A stretch of DNA of 64,000 bases, taken from positions 10,788,001 through 10,852,000 of the forward strand of contig NC_043014.1 in assembly GCF_006345805.1 (NCBI RefSeq). The letters run 5' to 3'. Below are positions 1 through 11,922 of this stretch, piece after piece. This DNA comes from Octopus sinensis (taxonomy: Eukaryota). Made by a program: the position numbers and the translations under genes. The notes below the pieces were generated by a model that was not told where the DNA came from, made no database searches, and saw only the letters and a list, made by a program, of their open reading frames with translations. Within the stretch, counting starts at the first letter, position 1. Every line of letters starts with the position of its first letter.

Positions 1-342
1 TATGTATGTATGTATGTATGTATGTACGTACGTAATGTGTGTGTATGTGTGTGTATATGTGTGTGTATGTGTGTGTGTGCACGTTTATGCTTGTTTATAT
101 TTGTATATTTATGTTTGTTTACATATATATTTTCTCTAATGCGAAAAATAATATATTTCCTACGTGATATTTTCAGGAAAATATTAGATGTAAACGCGTA
201 GGATATTCCAGGGTTATTTGTTGATATTTTCAAAGTCATTCGGTTGAATATTATTGATGAATCACTTAAAGAAAGTTAGGAAGGTGTGCTAATCGATTTT
301 TTATATATAATACAAGATTACTGAGAAATAGCAATGATTTTG

Positions 343-370
343 ATTGGACAGTATACGTGATGACGTAAGC
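343..370 (+). promoter_or_regulatory. Candidate composite CCAAT(reverse)/ATF-CRE element
   Basis: ATTGG-N6-TACGTGATGACGTAAGC; the same motif with the same spacing recurs at 37137-37164. Confidence 0.3.
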
Positions 371-724
371 ATATTTCGACGGGGTTCTTCAGAATACTTA
401 CAAATAATATTTCCAAATAAGGTAAGTTGCACTATATAGAGATTTATTTCATTACCCCTGAATGGTTATTCACCGATCGGATGTCATTGCTTTTCTCAAT
501 TGGTTGTGGGTACAAAACGGAGATCAAAATAATTCACGACACGTAGATTGGAATTATGGCGGAGGATTTGAGGGGGTTGACTTATAAAAATTTTGTCCAA
601 GTTTCGATCCTACCCTGTAACATATGGGATAGTTTATTTTATTATAACGTTACTTTGATTTCAGAGATTGTTAATGAAAGTTGGAACACGGAAATTGTAT
701 GGTTGCCCAGCTTACACACACACG

Positions 725-784
<60 letters not shown>

Positions 785-844
785 ACACACAACACACACA
801 CACACACCACACACACATACACACACAACACACACACAAACACA

Positions 845-1070
845 AAGGCAGCGAGCTGGCAGAAACGGGCGAAATGCGTAGCCGTATTTTGTCTGCCGTT
901 ACGTTCCGTGTTCAAATTCCGCCGAGGTCGACTTTGCCTTTCATCCTTTCGAGGTCGATAAATCAGCTACCAGTTACGCACTGGGGTCGATATAATCGAC
1001 TTAATCCCTTTGTCTGTCCTTGTTTGTCCTCTCTGTGTTTAGTCCCTTGTGGGTAGTAAAGAAATAGAAA
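845..1070 (+). mobile_element. SINE-A (tRNA-derived SINE), single copy
   Basis: tRNA-like head GGCAGCGAGCTGGCAG with B-box-like GTTCAAATTCC, central GGTCGACTTTGCCTTTCATCCTTTCG(G/A)GGTCGAT domain, tail ending CCCTTGTGGGTAGTAAAGAAATAG; many copies in window. Confidence 0.85.
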
Positions 1071-1074
1071 TAGG

Positions 1075-1130
<56 letters not shown>

Positions 1131-1429
1131 GCACGCACACACAGATATATAAATACGGGAATGACCCATCATTTTTGAATTCTCTCAAATTGTCCTGCCC
1201 GCCTACATTCAACGCGCCAAACTAAGAATGGCTTTCCGTGGTTTGGGATTTAACTCCCATTTCTAGCGTAATGAAAAACCACTTAGTCGCTTTTCCTCAG
1301 ACTATAACTCTTATACACACATATAATATAATATTATTTGTAGTTTACGGACATTTTTACTCAAGCTGGCCACTGGTAAAAAATTAATATTTAATTTTTA
1401 CCCTATATTTAAAACTTTATATATCACTA

Positions 1430-1770
1430 TGTGGCAACTTGGGCAGTGTCTTCTACTATAGCCTCGGGCCGACCAAAGCCTTGTGAGTGGATTTGGTAGA
1501 CGGAAACTGAAAGAAGCCTGTCGTAGATATGTATATATATATATACATGTATGTTTGTGTATGTATGTGTGTCTGTGTTTGTCCCGCCAACATCGCTTGA
1601 CAACCGATGCTGGCATGTTTACGTCCCCGTAACTTAGCGTTTCGGCGAAAGAATCCGATAGAATAAGTACTAGGCTTACAAAGAATAAGTTCTGGTGTTG
1701 ATTTGCTCGACTGAAGGCAGTGCTCCAGCATGGCCGCAGTCAAATTACTGAAAGAGATAAAAGAAATATT
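1430..1770 (+). mobile_element. SINE-B (5'-truncated) with internal (TA)n/(TG)n
   Basis: CTTGGGCA(A)GTGTCTTCTACTATAGCC...GGAAACTGAAAGAAGCC-microsatellite-...GGTGCTCCAGCATGGCCGCAGTCAAATGACTGAAA; recurs throughout the window. Confidence 0.8.
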
Positions 1771-1849
1771 CTCGAAACGCCTTGGAGAATGATCAAGTAA
1801 AAAAATAAAATAAAATAAAAATAACGAATATGAAGGCATTATAAGAGGA

Positions 1850-2330
1850 GAATACAGCGGGTGCCGTTGAAACTTCTCACTGAGTTTTTGAATAGCATTC
1901 GTGGCAAAATTAGCGATATAGGGGCGAGTGTTGTCCTGTTAAAGATTCATGCTTGCTGTGTCAATTTGTTTTGGACTTGACACAACAAATGATATTATTA
2001 GGATGACATCATATCTGCTGGGTCAATTTCCTAGAGGATTACCATGAATTCTCGCAGATGAGCTCGTTCAATCGATTTTCATTGGACTGACAGGTTTGCC
2101 GTAACGCGGAGAGTGTATGAGATCGAATTTCACCGATTTAAAACTTCTGTGCAGTCCTTTCAACAATAGCACTTTCTTCGTATACAACACAAAAGTCTGA
2201 AACAGATTGGGTAGTTTAGGAACCTTGACTAAAAGCGAAAAGAGCAGGTGACGAAAAATGTTCATTTTGTCTTCTACTTGACATCCCAGGTAAAATTCAT
2301 TTAGATGTCAAGAACGATAAACAAAAGTCA
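1850..2330 (-). pseudogene. Degenerate, internally deleted mariner transposase
   Basis: Minus-strand translation with frameshifts gives an NEHF(R)HLLLF-like N-terminus and QDNTRPY...HPLYSP, corresponding to the mariner HDNARPH and HPPYSPDL motifs. Confidence 0.6.
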
Positions 2331-2366
2331 CAATGGAAGAACTTGTGACTTTTGTTTATCGTTTTT

Positions 2367-2463
<97 letters not shown>

Positions 2464-2479
2464 GTACATATACACATAT

Positions 2480-2762
2480 ACATATACATGCTGGGTTCGG
2501 CTGCTCTGCATTGATAAGGGGCAAATACCCTGAAACTAGTCTGCAGATGCCTGACCAGCAAGGGGAAGCGGCTGACCCCCCCCTATTCGAAGGTTATAAT
2601 GGATACAGGTTCGTCTGTCACATAGCTAGCTTGAGGCGATGGCCTCTTGGAGCTTTTGGGTGTTTTAGCTCAATAAACACTCACATCGCCCGGTCTGGGA
2701 ATCGAAACCGCGATCCTACGACCGCGAGTCCGCTGCCCTAACCACTGGGCTATTGCGCTTCC
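2480..2762 (-). mobile_element. SINE-C head with a distinct tail
   Basis: Head GGAAGCGCAATAGCCCAGTGGTTAGGGCAGCGGACTCGCGG...GGTTTCGATTCCCAGACCGGGCG matches other SINE-C copies; the 3' part differs. Confidence 0.7.
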
Positions 2763-2769
2763 ACACACA

Positions 2770-2819
<50 letters not shown>

Positions 2820-2822
<3 letters not shown>

Positions 2823-3072
2823 CTTATCTTTTGCTTGTATCAGTCGTTAGACTGCGGCCACGCTGGGGCACCGCCTTGAAGGGTATTTAGTCGCATGAAT
2901 CGACTCCTGTACTTAACTTTTTTTTAAACCTAGTACTTATTCTAACGGTTTCTTTTGTCGAATCACTAAGTTACGGGGCCGCAAGCACAACACCACCGAT
3001 TGTCAAGTGGTGGTGAGGGAACAAACACAGGCGGTGCTCCAGCATGGCCGCAGACTGAAACAAATAAAAGAA
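2820..3072 (-). mobile_element. SINE-B 3' fragments
   Basis: Matches to the SINE-B tail in both orientations. Confidence 0.6.
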
Positions 3073-3582
3073 TAAAATGATAATACATGCCCAAGGTACC
3101 ACGAGCGAAGGCATGTGCTTCGTTGATTATAAACACCTGAGACAGACCCACACACAAGTAAATTGAATAATACAAAACATAATTAAATTATTTTTCTTAT
3201 GTAAATAAAATTGTGTAGGAAACTTGTGTAAAAGCCGAAGGCGGCGATGTAAATATAATTTTTTAAATTATTATTTAGACTCTAAGAGTAATCAGTCTGG
3301 AGTTGATATCCGTGTCAGGAATTTCACTCTTCCCAAAATAGACAAATATATTCTGCTTATCAGCATTTAAAATTAATCATACTTTAAAAAATAGATTCTG
3401 ACCTATCAGTTTAAATATAGAATCATGCATATTGGCATCTGCTGACGTAAACTTATCAATCGATAAATGATGATGAAACACTGAGTATGGGCTTCATCAT
3501 ACATCCCCGTCGTCCCGTTCTGTTTATTCATTGATAGACAGAAGGAGGAATTCAAATAACTGTGGATAAATTCTTTCATACA

Positions 3583-3584
<2 letters not shown>

Positions 3585-3664
<80 letters not shown>

Positions 3665-3754
3665 ATTATATATAATATAAATAAATAATATATATACGAT
3701 ATATAATATAAATTTATAAATTTATACATACATTTATAAATTTATATTTATAGT

Positions 3755-3787
<33 letters not shown>

Positions 3788-4055
3788 TATAATATATATA
3801 TATAATATATATATAATATATATAAATAACTACATATATAATATAAATTTATAAATTTATACACACACACAATATATAATATATTGATATATACATAAAT
3901 ATATATACATGCACACACACATATATGTATGTATGTATGTATGTATCTTTATCTATCTTCTATATATACTGTATGTACACCTACATACATACATACATAC
4001 ATACATACATACATACATACTACATACATATATATATATCTATATATATATATAT

Positions 4056-4091
<36 letters not shown>

Positions 4092-4135
4092 CATATTCGT
4101 TCAGACACAACAGTATATATATATATTATATATAT

Positions 4136-4178
<43 letters not shown>

Positions 4179-4230
4179 ACACACCTTAAAATCATGTCAA
4201 TTTTGAATGATATATATATATATATCCCAC
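3585..4230. repeat. (TA)n/(TACA)n low-complexity tract
   Basis: Direct inspection. Confidence 0.95.
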
Positions 4231-4611
4231 CACATAAAGTTGTTTGGGAAAATAATCCACCCACTAAGGAATCGTATGGATATATTTTATGTTTCTCGAT
4301 ATGAACACGCGCATATATTGTATAATATTGTATATGCGCACACAAGTTTCGTGTACACGGCTGAAGAATTTCCTGACAGCTTTTGTTCACAGTTTGTTCA
4401 TTGCATGTAAAACTGCGAAGAGAAATGTAAATATAGCAGGAGACCTGCCAGTGTTGTGAGGAAATTATATCGACCTCTCAACCATATCACCATTAATCTT
4501 TGTATGAGTTGGCAATACATTTTGAATACATGTAGCTATAATATTTGCACTAGTTAGCCAGGGCCGTGGGACAGGAAATGTATCTCTAGTCAATTGAAAT
4601 TGTAGCCGGCG

Positions 4612-4777
4612 TGGGACGATGGGGCGCAGCTGTTTGGAGGCTGGCGATTTGGCACGGCTGACTGAACATCCAGCTTGGTTGTTGCTCTCGTATACACCCC
4701 CACATACACGCATGGGCACACGTGTGGGCAGAAATATACACATACAGATAGAAAGAGTCAGGGAAAAAGAGACAGAA

Positions 4778-4808
<31 letters not shown>

Positions 4809-4813
4809 GAGAA

Positions 4814-4860
<47 letters not shown>

Positions 4861-4971
4861 TGGGGAGGAAAAGAACGAAAGAAAGATTAAAACGTCTGAT
4901 GTCAAATAAGTCAGCGTCGAATCAGCGACGCCATATAATCAGCACCAAAACAGCGGCGCCCAAACGCCTCG
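4612..4971. mobile_element. Non-autonomous TIR element (MITE-like) with internal (GA)n
   Basis: Ends are imperfect ~45-bp inverted repeats (GGGCGCAGCTGTTTGG / CCAAAACAGCGGCGCCC); second copy at 27962-28410 shares AAAACGTCTGATGTCAAATAAGTCAGCGT. Confidence 0.6.
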
Positions 4972-5537
4972 TACACAACTGTGGCTCTGTTTTAATTCCC
5001 AGCAGAAGTAATTTCACTGAACGTGTACCACGGATGTTCTTGAGAACAGCACGAAGGTTTGATTTGATACCTTCACATTCTCATCTCTTGAAACAATACA
5101 AAGATTGGTAACTAGTTCATTAGTTACCAATTAGATGCTCTCCATGCGTTCAGCAACGATATGATTAGAAAAGGAATGATCAAAAAGGGAACCGAAAATT
5201 ATTTGAGGATAGTCTTTGGCTCACCATCGATGCAAGAGCACAAAAGATTGTTTTAACTGGTACCTTACACGTATTGAGGAGAGCACTGTTGCTGTGGATT
5301 TTTTTCTCTTTCCCTCTTTATTTTCTTTTTTGTTTCATTTCCCTATATTTTACTGTTTTTATTTTTTCTTCTTTCCTTTTCCTTTTTTTCTTCCCTTTCT
5401 TTTCTATCACATGACTTCGTAAACTAACAATCTGGTGTGTTTATTTCAATGGCCTACCAATGCATACAGTGAGTTTCTTTGCCCTAGTTGTCAGGAAAAC
5501 ACTTGGAAAGAGATGGAAACAAAATTGAAAGGAGAGG

Positions 5538-5568
<31 letters not shown>

Positions 5569-5741
5569 CAACAACAACAATAATGATATTAATAATAATG
5601 ATAATAATAATGATGATGATGATGATGATAATAATAATAATAATAATGATAACAACAATAATGATAATAATGATATTAATAATAATGATAATGATGATGA
5701 GGATGATAATAATAATAATAATAATAATAGTAGTAGTAGTA

Positions 5742-5790
<49 letters not shown>

Positions 5791-5851
5791 TAATAATAAT
5801 GATAATAATGATAATAATAATAATAACAATAATAACAACAACAACAACAAC

Positions 5852-5922
<71 letters not shown>

Positions 5923-5968
5923 CAACAATAATGATAATAATGATATTAATAATAATGATGATAATAAT
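5538..5968. repeat. (AAT)n/(AAC)n/(GAT)n compound microsatellite
   Basis: Direct inspection. Confidence 0.95.
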
Positions 5969-6289
5969 GCTCGTTGATAACTAGATTTTCGTCTTTGACA
6001 AGAACAAGGGATTACTAAGGATTAGCAAAGAAAAAAATATGAGAATTGTTTAAAAAATTAAATATTTCTCAAGCCTCAATGGTTTGATGAATGAGAATTA
6101 AGCAGGTGAAAATGCATTGAATGCTGGAAACATTAAATTAGCTGACCTGATATTCTTATTGTGTTGTACGTTTTAAAATACCTTGTGGTTAAGTCGTTTT
6201 ATGATTAAATCTTATTCTGATGATAGCCAGTATTTGTTTGTTGAGGTGAGCGCCTAAACGTACGTCAAACGATAATGGAGAACTTGCTT

Positions 6290-7650
6290 TCGTCAGTAAT
6301 GACAACATTGTACTTAAGTCGATTCAACTGATAATTCTCCAGCACAAACCGTTTAGTATTAGTTTAAAATAGCAATCTGTGCATCATGCTTAAAGCAGAT
6401 ACAGTTTTGAAAGTCTAATTAACTGCAGCATTGGACTTGAAATTGCATAATTCACAGGAAAGCTACCACGGCGGTTCGACGATTTTTGTCTAACACAGAT
6501 ATATTTTTGTCGTTTTTAACACAATACATCTATTAGAGATACTATCTAAGAATGGATACCGCAGTTAATTCGGCTTTCAATAATGCATCTAATTTAAGTG
6601 TGATGCACTGATTGCTATTTTAAACTAATACTGTTTCTATTGCACATAACGAATTCTTTTTCAGTTGGCTAGCTAATTGCAACATCAGTGATTTTTCAAT
6701 CATTGTTTTATTACATCAGTGATAGCGGATTTTATCTTAGCATGCGGTTGCTAGTAGATACTTGCTACCGACAAAGCACAAGGAGGCAGAAATGCCATTT
6801 AACAAAGCCTGCACCGCTGTTGGACGATTTTAGTTTGTTACGGTGATATTTCTTTTTTTTTATCCCAGGATGAATACCACCTTTAAATGATTTTGCTACT
6901 TTTTGTATGATAAACAGATTTCCTCCATCCTCTCCTCTTCCTCCATCTCCTCCTCGTCCTCTACCTCTTCCTCCACCTCCGCCTCCTTCTCTCTTTCCAC
7001 CTCCTCCTTCTAACCCTCCACCTCTTCTCCCTCCATCTGCTCCCTCCATACTGCTTTTGTTGCACATAACGAATTTTTATTCAGTTGGCCATCTAATTGC
7101 AGCATCAGTGATTTTACAGTCATTGATTTACACTATCAGCGCTAATGAATTTTACCTTAGCATGCAGCTACTCGTGAATATTGCTACTGACGAGGCACAA
7201 GAAGGCAGAAATGTGCATTTAGCAAAGCCTCCATCGCTGTTGGACGATTTTCGTTAATTACTGTTATATTTGCTTCTTTTTTAACACTGCACGTCTATAA
7301 GAGATATTATCTCAAGACGAATACCACACTTAATTAGGCAGAAATGTGAATTTAGCCATGCTTCTACTACTGCTGGTTGATTATCGGTTGTTACTAATAT
7401 ATTTGTACTTTTTACCAATGTTTGTTTTATGAGAGATACTATCTGTGGATACACGCCACTGACAAAGCCCAAGGAGGCAGAAATGCAAATTTAGCAATGC
7501 TTTCACGGCGTTTGGTCTATTTTTGTTTGTTATTAATATATTTGTACCTTTTAACATTGTATGTTTTATAAGAGATACTATCTCTGCACAAATACTGCAG
7601 TTAATTTGGCTTTCAAGGACGTAGCTGCTTTAAGAATAAAACAGAGATTG
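6290..7650 (+). repeat. T325: degenerate ~325-bp tandem repeat with HHR-like cores (retrozyme-like)
   Basis: Repeated blocks (GAATAC..CAGTTAATT.GGC; GCACATAACGAATT; TTGCTACTGACGA...GGCAGAAATG); cores at 6768, 7187 and 7459; inverted partial unit at 6290-6440; a (CCT)n insert at ~6916-7045. Confidence 0.7.
7181..7225 (+). ncRNA. Type I hammerhead-like motif (best T325 copy)
   Basis: Stem I TTGCTA(7181-86)/TAGCAA(7220-25), core CTGACGA 7187-93, weak stem II, GAAA 7208-11, stem III ATG/CAT, triplet ATT. The 10.1-11.1 pair is non-canonical. Confidence 0.55.
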
Positions 7651-7889
7651 CTAAATCCGTTTCGTGATCATTATAATCATTATTGGTTTCTTTTGACCAA
7701 GAAAAACATATTATTGATATCTGTTTTATCGTCTATAAAGAGATTAAAGGAAATATCGATCACTAAATCTAAATTTTATCTCAGAAATTAAAAAAAGATA
7801 AACGTAACAAAATGTTGTAAAACATTTGTAGTTCGGTGTTCTGCGGTTTGAGCCTTTTCAATCTTTTTTCCTGATTATTATTCTTGTTA

Positions 7890-8600
7890 TCATATTCTGC
7901 TTCTTCTTCTCCACCTTCTCTCCCTCAATCCCCTCCTCATCCATCTCCTCCTCTTTCTCCACCTCCCCCTCTTCCTCCCCATTCTCCCCTCTTCCTTCCC
8001 ATCCTCCACTTCTTCCACCTCTTCCTCTTCCTCCACCTCCTCCTCTTCCTCTACCTCTTACTCTTCCTCCACCTCCTCCTCTTCCTCTACCTCTTCCTCT
8101 TCCTCCACCTCTTCCTCTTCCTCCACCTCCTTCTCTTCCTCTATCTCTTCCTCTTCCTCCACCTCCTTCTCTTCCTCCACCTTCTCCTCTTCCTCCACCT
8201 CCTTCTCTTCCTCTACCTCTTCCTCTTCCTCCACCTCCTTCTCTTCCTCCACCTTCTCCTCTTCCTCCACCTCCTCCTCTTTCGCCACCTTTTCCTCTTC
8301 CTCCACCCCTCCTTTACCTCCACCTCCTTCTCTCCCTCCACCTCCTCTCCCTCCTCTTCCTGATCGCCTTCCCTCTCCCTTTCTCCCTCCATCTCCTCAT
8401 CTCCCTCCACTATCCTCCTCTTTAATCCTCCTCTCCCTTCACTCCTCCGCTCCTCCCATCTCCTCCTCGTCCTTCTCTCCCCCCTTTCATTTCCTCCTTA
8501 TCTTTCTACTACCCCCTTCTTGATCCTAATCCTTTTTGTTTTCCTCTTCAGCTCATTTTCTTCCACTCATTTCTTCTCTTCTTCCAATATTTCCCCTTTC
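7890..8600. repeat. (CCT/CTT)n pyrimidine-rich low-complexity tract
   Basis: Direct inspection. Confidence 0.9.
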
Positions 8601-8911
8601 CCACTCACTTCTCACCACGACGACGACGACCCCCCCCCCCACCCCCCCACCAAAATCCCCCTCATATCCTCAAACAACATGCACAGTTGATATTTTCTAC
8701 TAATTAGATTACTTCTTATTAATTAAGATAACGTTATTATCTTTTTCCCCTTAGATATGTTTAACGTTTGCACGCAGCGTCCTTCCCAATTAGTTCTCAT
8801 TAAACCAGTTTATCAAGTTGATGATGGGATACGATGGCTGAAGAAAACATAGCAGAAGCGTAGGGCACCGCGATTCACAAGGCGCAGTCGCGGCTCTGTG
8901 GTAAGATGCTA

Positions 8912-9980
8912 AAGGCGGCGAGCCGGCAGAAACGTTAGCATACCGGGTGAAATTCTTAGCGGTATTTCGTCTACCGTTACGTTCTGAGTTCACATTCCAC
9001 TAAGGTCGACTTTGCCTTTCCTCCTTTCGGGGCCGATTAAATAAGTACAGTTATGCACTGGGGTCGATATAATCTACTTAATTCCTTTGTCTGTCCTTGT
9101 TTGTCCCCTCTATGTTTAGCCCCTTATGGGCAATAAAGAAATAAGAAACGTTAGCATACCGGGTGAAATTCTTAGCGGTATTTCGTCTACCGTTACGTTC
9201 TGAGTTCACATTCCACTAAGGTCGACTTTGCCTTTCCTCCTTTCGGGGCCGATTAAATAAGTACAGTTATGCACTGGGGTCGATATAATCTACTTAATTC
9301 CTTTGTCTGTCCTTGTTTGTCCCCTCTATGTTTAGCCCCTTATGGGCAATAAAGAAATAAGAAACGTTAGCATACCGGGTGAAATTCTTAGCGGTATTTC
9401 GTCTACCGTTACGTTCTGAGTTCACATTCCACTAAGGTCGACTTTGCCTTTCCTCCTTTCGGGGCCGATTAAATAAGTACAGTTATGCACTGGGGTCGAT
9501 ATAATCTACTTAATTCCTTTGTCTGTCCTTGTTTGTCCCCTCTATGTTTAGCCCCTTATGGGCAATAAAGAAATAAGAAACGTTAGCATACCGGGTGAAA
9601 TTCTAGCGGTATTTCGTCTACCGTTACGTTCTGAGTTCACATTCCACTAAGGTCGACTTTGCCTTTCCTCCTTTCGGGGCCGATTAAATAAGTACAGTTA
9701 TGCACTGGGGTCGATATAATCTACTTAATTCCTTTGTCTGTCCTTGTTTGTCCCCTCTATGTTTAGCCCCTTATGGGCAATAAAGAAATAAGAAACGTTA
9801 GCAGGCCGGGCGAAATGCTTAGCGGTTCTTCGTCTGCCGTTATATTCTGAGTTCAAATTCCGCCGAGGTCGACTTTGCCTTTCATCCTTTGGAGGTCGAT
9901 AAATTAAGTACCAGTTACGCACAGGGGTCGATGTAATCGACTTAATCCCTTTGTCTGTCCTTGTTTGTCCCCTCTATGTT
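8912..9980 (+). mobile_element. SINE-A head-to-tail array, 5 units
   Basis: Unit starts at 8929, 9145, 9361, 9577 and 9792 (216/215-bp period). Confidence 0.9.
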
Positions 9981-9982
9981 TC

Positions 9983-10315
9983 AGGCGTTGTCCTTATAAC
10001 GATAAACGTCGCCCTCTTCAAGCCTAGCTAGGCTCATGGGCCCGGTTTCCCGGTTTCTATGGCGTATGTGTCCCCCCCCCCCCAGCTGGACGGGACGCCA
10101 GTCCATCGCAGCGTTACTTAAGAAACAGGGAGAGAGAGTGAGAGAAAGTTGTGGCGAAAGAGTACAACAGGGGTCGCCACCCCCCTGCCGGAGCATCGTG
10201 GAGCTTTTAGGTGTTTTCGATCAATAACACGCACAACGCCCGGTCTGGGAATCGAAACCGCGATCCTCCGAATGCGAGTCCGCTGCCCTAACCACTGGGC
10301 CATTGCGACTCCCCT
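9983..10315 (-). mobile_element. SINE-C with GCGATGGACTGGCGTCCCGTCCAGCTGG tail
   Basis: tRNA head at ~10240-10312; tail shared with copies at 36190 and 40535. Confidence 0.8.
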
Positions 10316-10395
10316 AGTCCTTATAGTAGAAAGAATTATGCTCTTGGTGCTCACATAATTTCTATTAATGACGAATATCAAAGCTGTCTAATATC

Positions 10396-10911
10396 TATTT
10401 CTTTACTACCCACAAGGGGCTAAACACAAAGAGGACAAACAAGGAGAGACAAACGGATTAAGTGGATTATATCGACCCCAGTGCGTAACTGGTACTTATT
10501 TAATCGACCCCGAAAGGATGAAAGGCAAAGCTGACCTCGGCGGAATTTGAACTCAGAACGTAAAGACAGACGAAATACCCATTTATTTACTACCCACAAG
10601 GGGCTAAAAACAGAAGGAACAATCAAGGACAGACAAACGGATCAAGTCGATTACATCGACCCCAGTGCGAACATAACGGCAGACGAAATAACTATTTCTT
10701 TACTACCCATAAGGGGCTAAACACAGAGAGGACAAACAAGGACAGACAAACGGATTAAGTCGATTACATCGACCCCAGTGCGTAACTGGTACTTAATTTA
10801 TCGACCCCGAAAGGATGAAAGGCAAAGTCGACCTCGGTGGAATTTGAACTCAGAACGTAGCCACTAAGCATTTCGCCCTGCGTGCTAACGATTCGGTCAG
10901 CTCACCGCCTT
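10396..10911 (-). mobile_element. SINE-A concatemer (3 units) with one TSD
   Basis: TSD AAAGCTGT(C/G)TAATATC at 10380-10395 and 10912-10927. Confidence 0.85.
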
Positions 10912-11624
10912 AAAGCTGTGTAATATCATTTGATTTCGGGAGATTTGGATACAAAAGCGAAACCAAATAGGTGTCGCTTTTAAGTTATCTTCGTTTTTTT
11001 TTTTGCCTTATTTTTAATTTCTTTGTTAATGAAGGGAAGTTAGAACTCATGACATCAATCCCTTTTTCTCAAGGATATTTGCTGCGTCACTGCTATCGTT
11101 CCCTATCATCGTAGACCCAACACGCAGAGAAATATTCTTTTCATGCATGCAGTTGAGAACTATTTACATAAATTAACGTTGTCTTCATTTTCACATCAAT
11201 AATTATCCTTGCATTTGTTTTTTCTTCTACTTTTGATTTACGAATAAACATATCTTTTTATTCCTGTTTTTCTTCCTCGTAGAAATAATTCGTTGTTATA
11301 CCCCTCCACCTGATGACAATACAATATCTTATAACGATGTGTAATGAAATATTTAAACGATCGAATATTGCCCTATTGTTTTACAGCAGAAATATCCCAA
11401 CGAAAATTGTTGAGTTATTTTATATCAAATTGTGGTATTTTCATATCAAATTGTTGAAAGATATTCCAAAGCAATTAGTGTGTTTCACAAAAATCGCGGC
11501 TACAAACCTAATAAATGTTAGTTTCTGGATAATAATTTCGGCATTAGATACTTTATGCAGGAAATGCATTTTATTCCCATGGTTCGGGAGAACTTGGAGA
11601 GGATATATTTATATAGCGGACTCC

Positions 11625-11869
11625 CGGTTTCGATTCCCAGACCGGGCGTTGTGAGTGTTTACTGAGCGAAAACACCTAAAATATCCACGAGGCTCCGGCA
11701 GGGGGTGGTGGTGAACCCTGCTGTACTCTTTCGCCACAACTTTCTCTCACTCTTTCTTCTGTTGGCCTGCTCGGTTAGCCAGCGGGGTGGCGTCATTTGA
11801 AGGCTAACACAATGCGAAGCGCATTGTGACCAGCGATATGTAGCAAAATCTGATACCCTGGTCGGTCTC

Positions 11870-11870
<1 letters not shown>
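11625..11870 (+). mobile_element. SINE-C (5'-truncated) with another distinct tail
   Basis: GGTTTCGATTCCCAGACCGGGCGTTGTGAGTG...CTCCGGCAGGGG then a unique 3' segment ending in (TA)n. Confidence 0.75.

Positions 11871-11922
<52 letters not shown>

Noticed and set aside
370-395. Minus-strand CTGAAGA...GAAA
   Set aside because: No stem II closing pair and no stem I/III pairing.
3460-3540. C/D snoRNA-like ATGATGA...CTGA
   Set aside because: No terminal D box or terminal stem at a plausible distance.
5104-5131. 11-bp hairpin, possible Helitron 3' end
   Set aside because: No CTRR terminus at the expected distance.
5435-5984. Long poly-N/poly-L/poly-I ORFs
   Set aside because: Translations of the (AAT)n microsatellite; open in several frames with no domain.
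8753-8900. Exon-like segment with acceptor and GTAAGA donor
   Set aside because: Closed in all three frames and abuts a SINE head; unsupported without RNA data.
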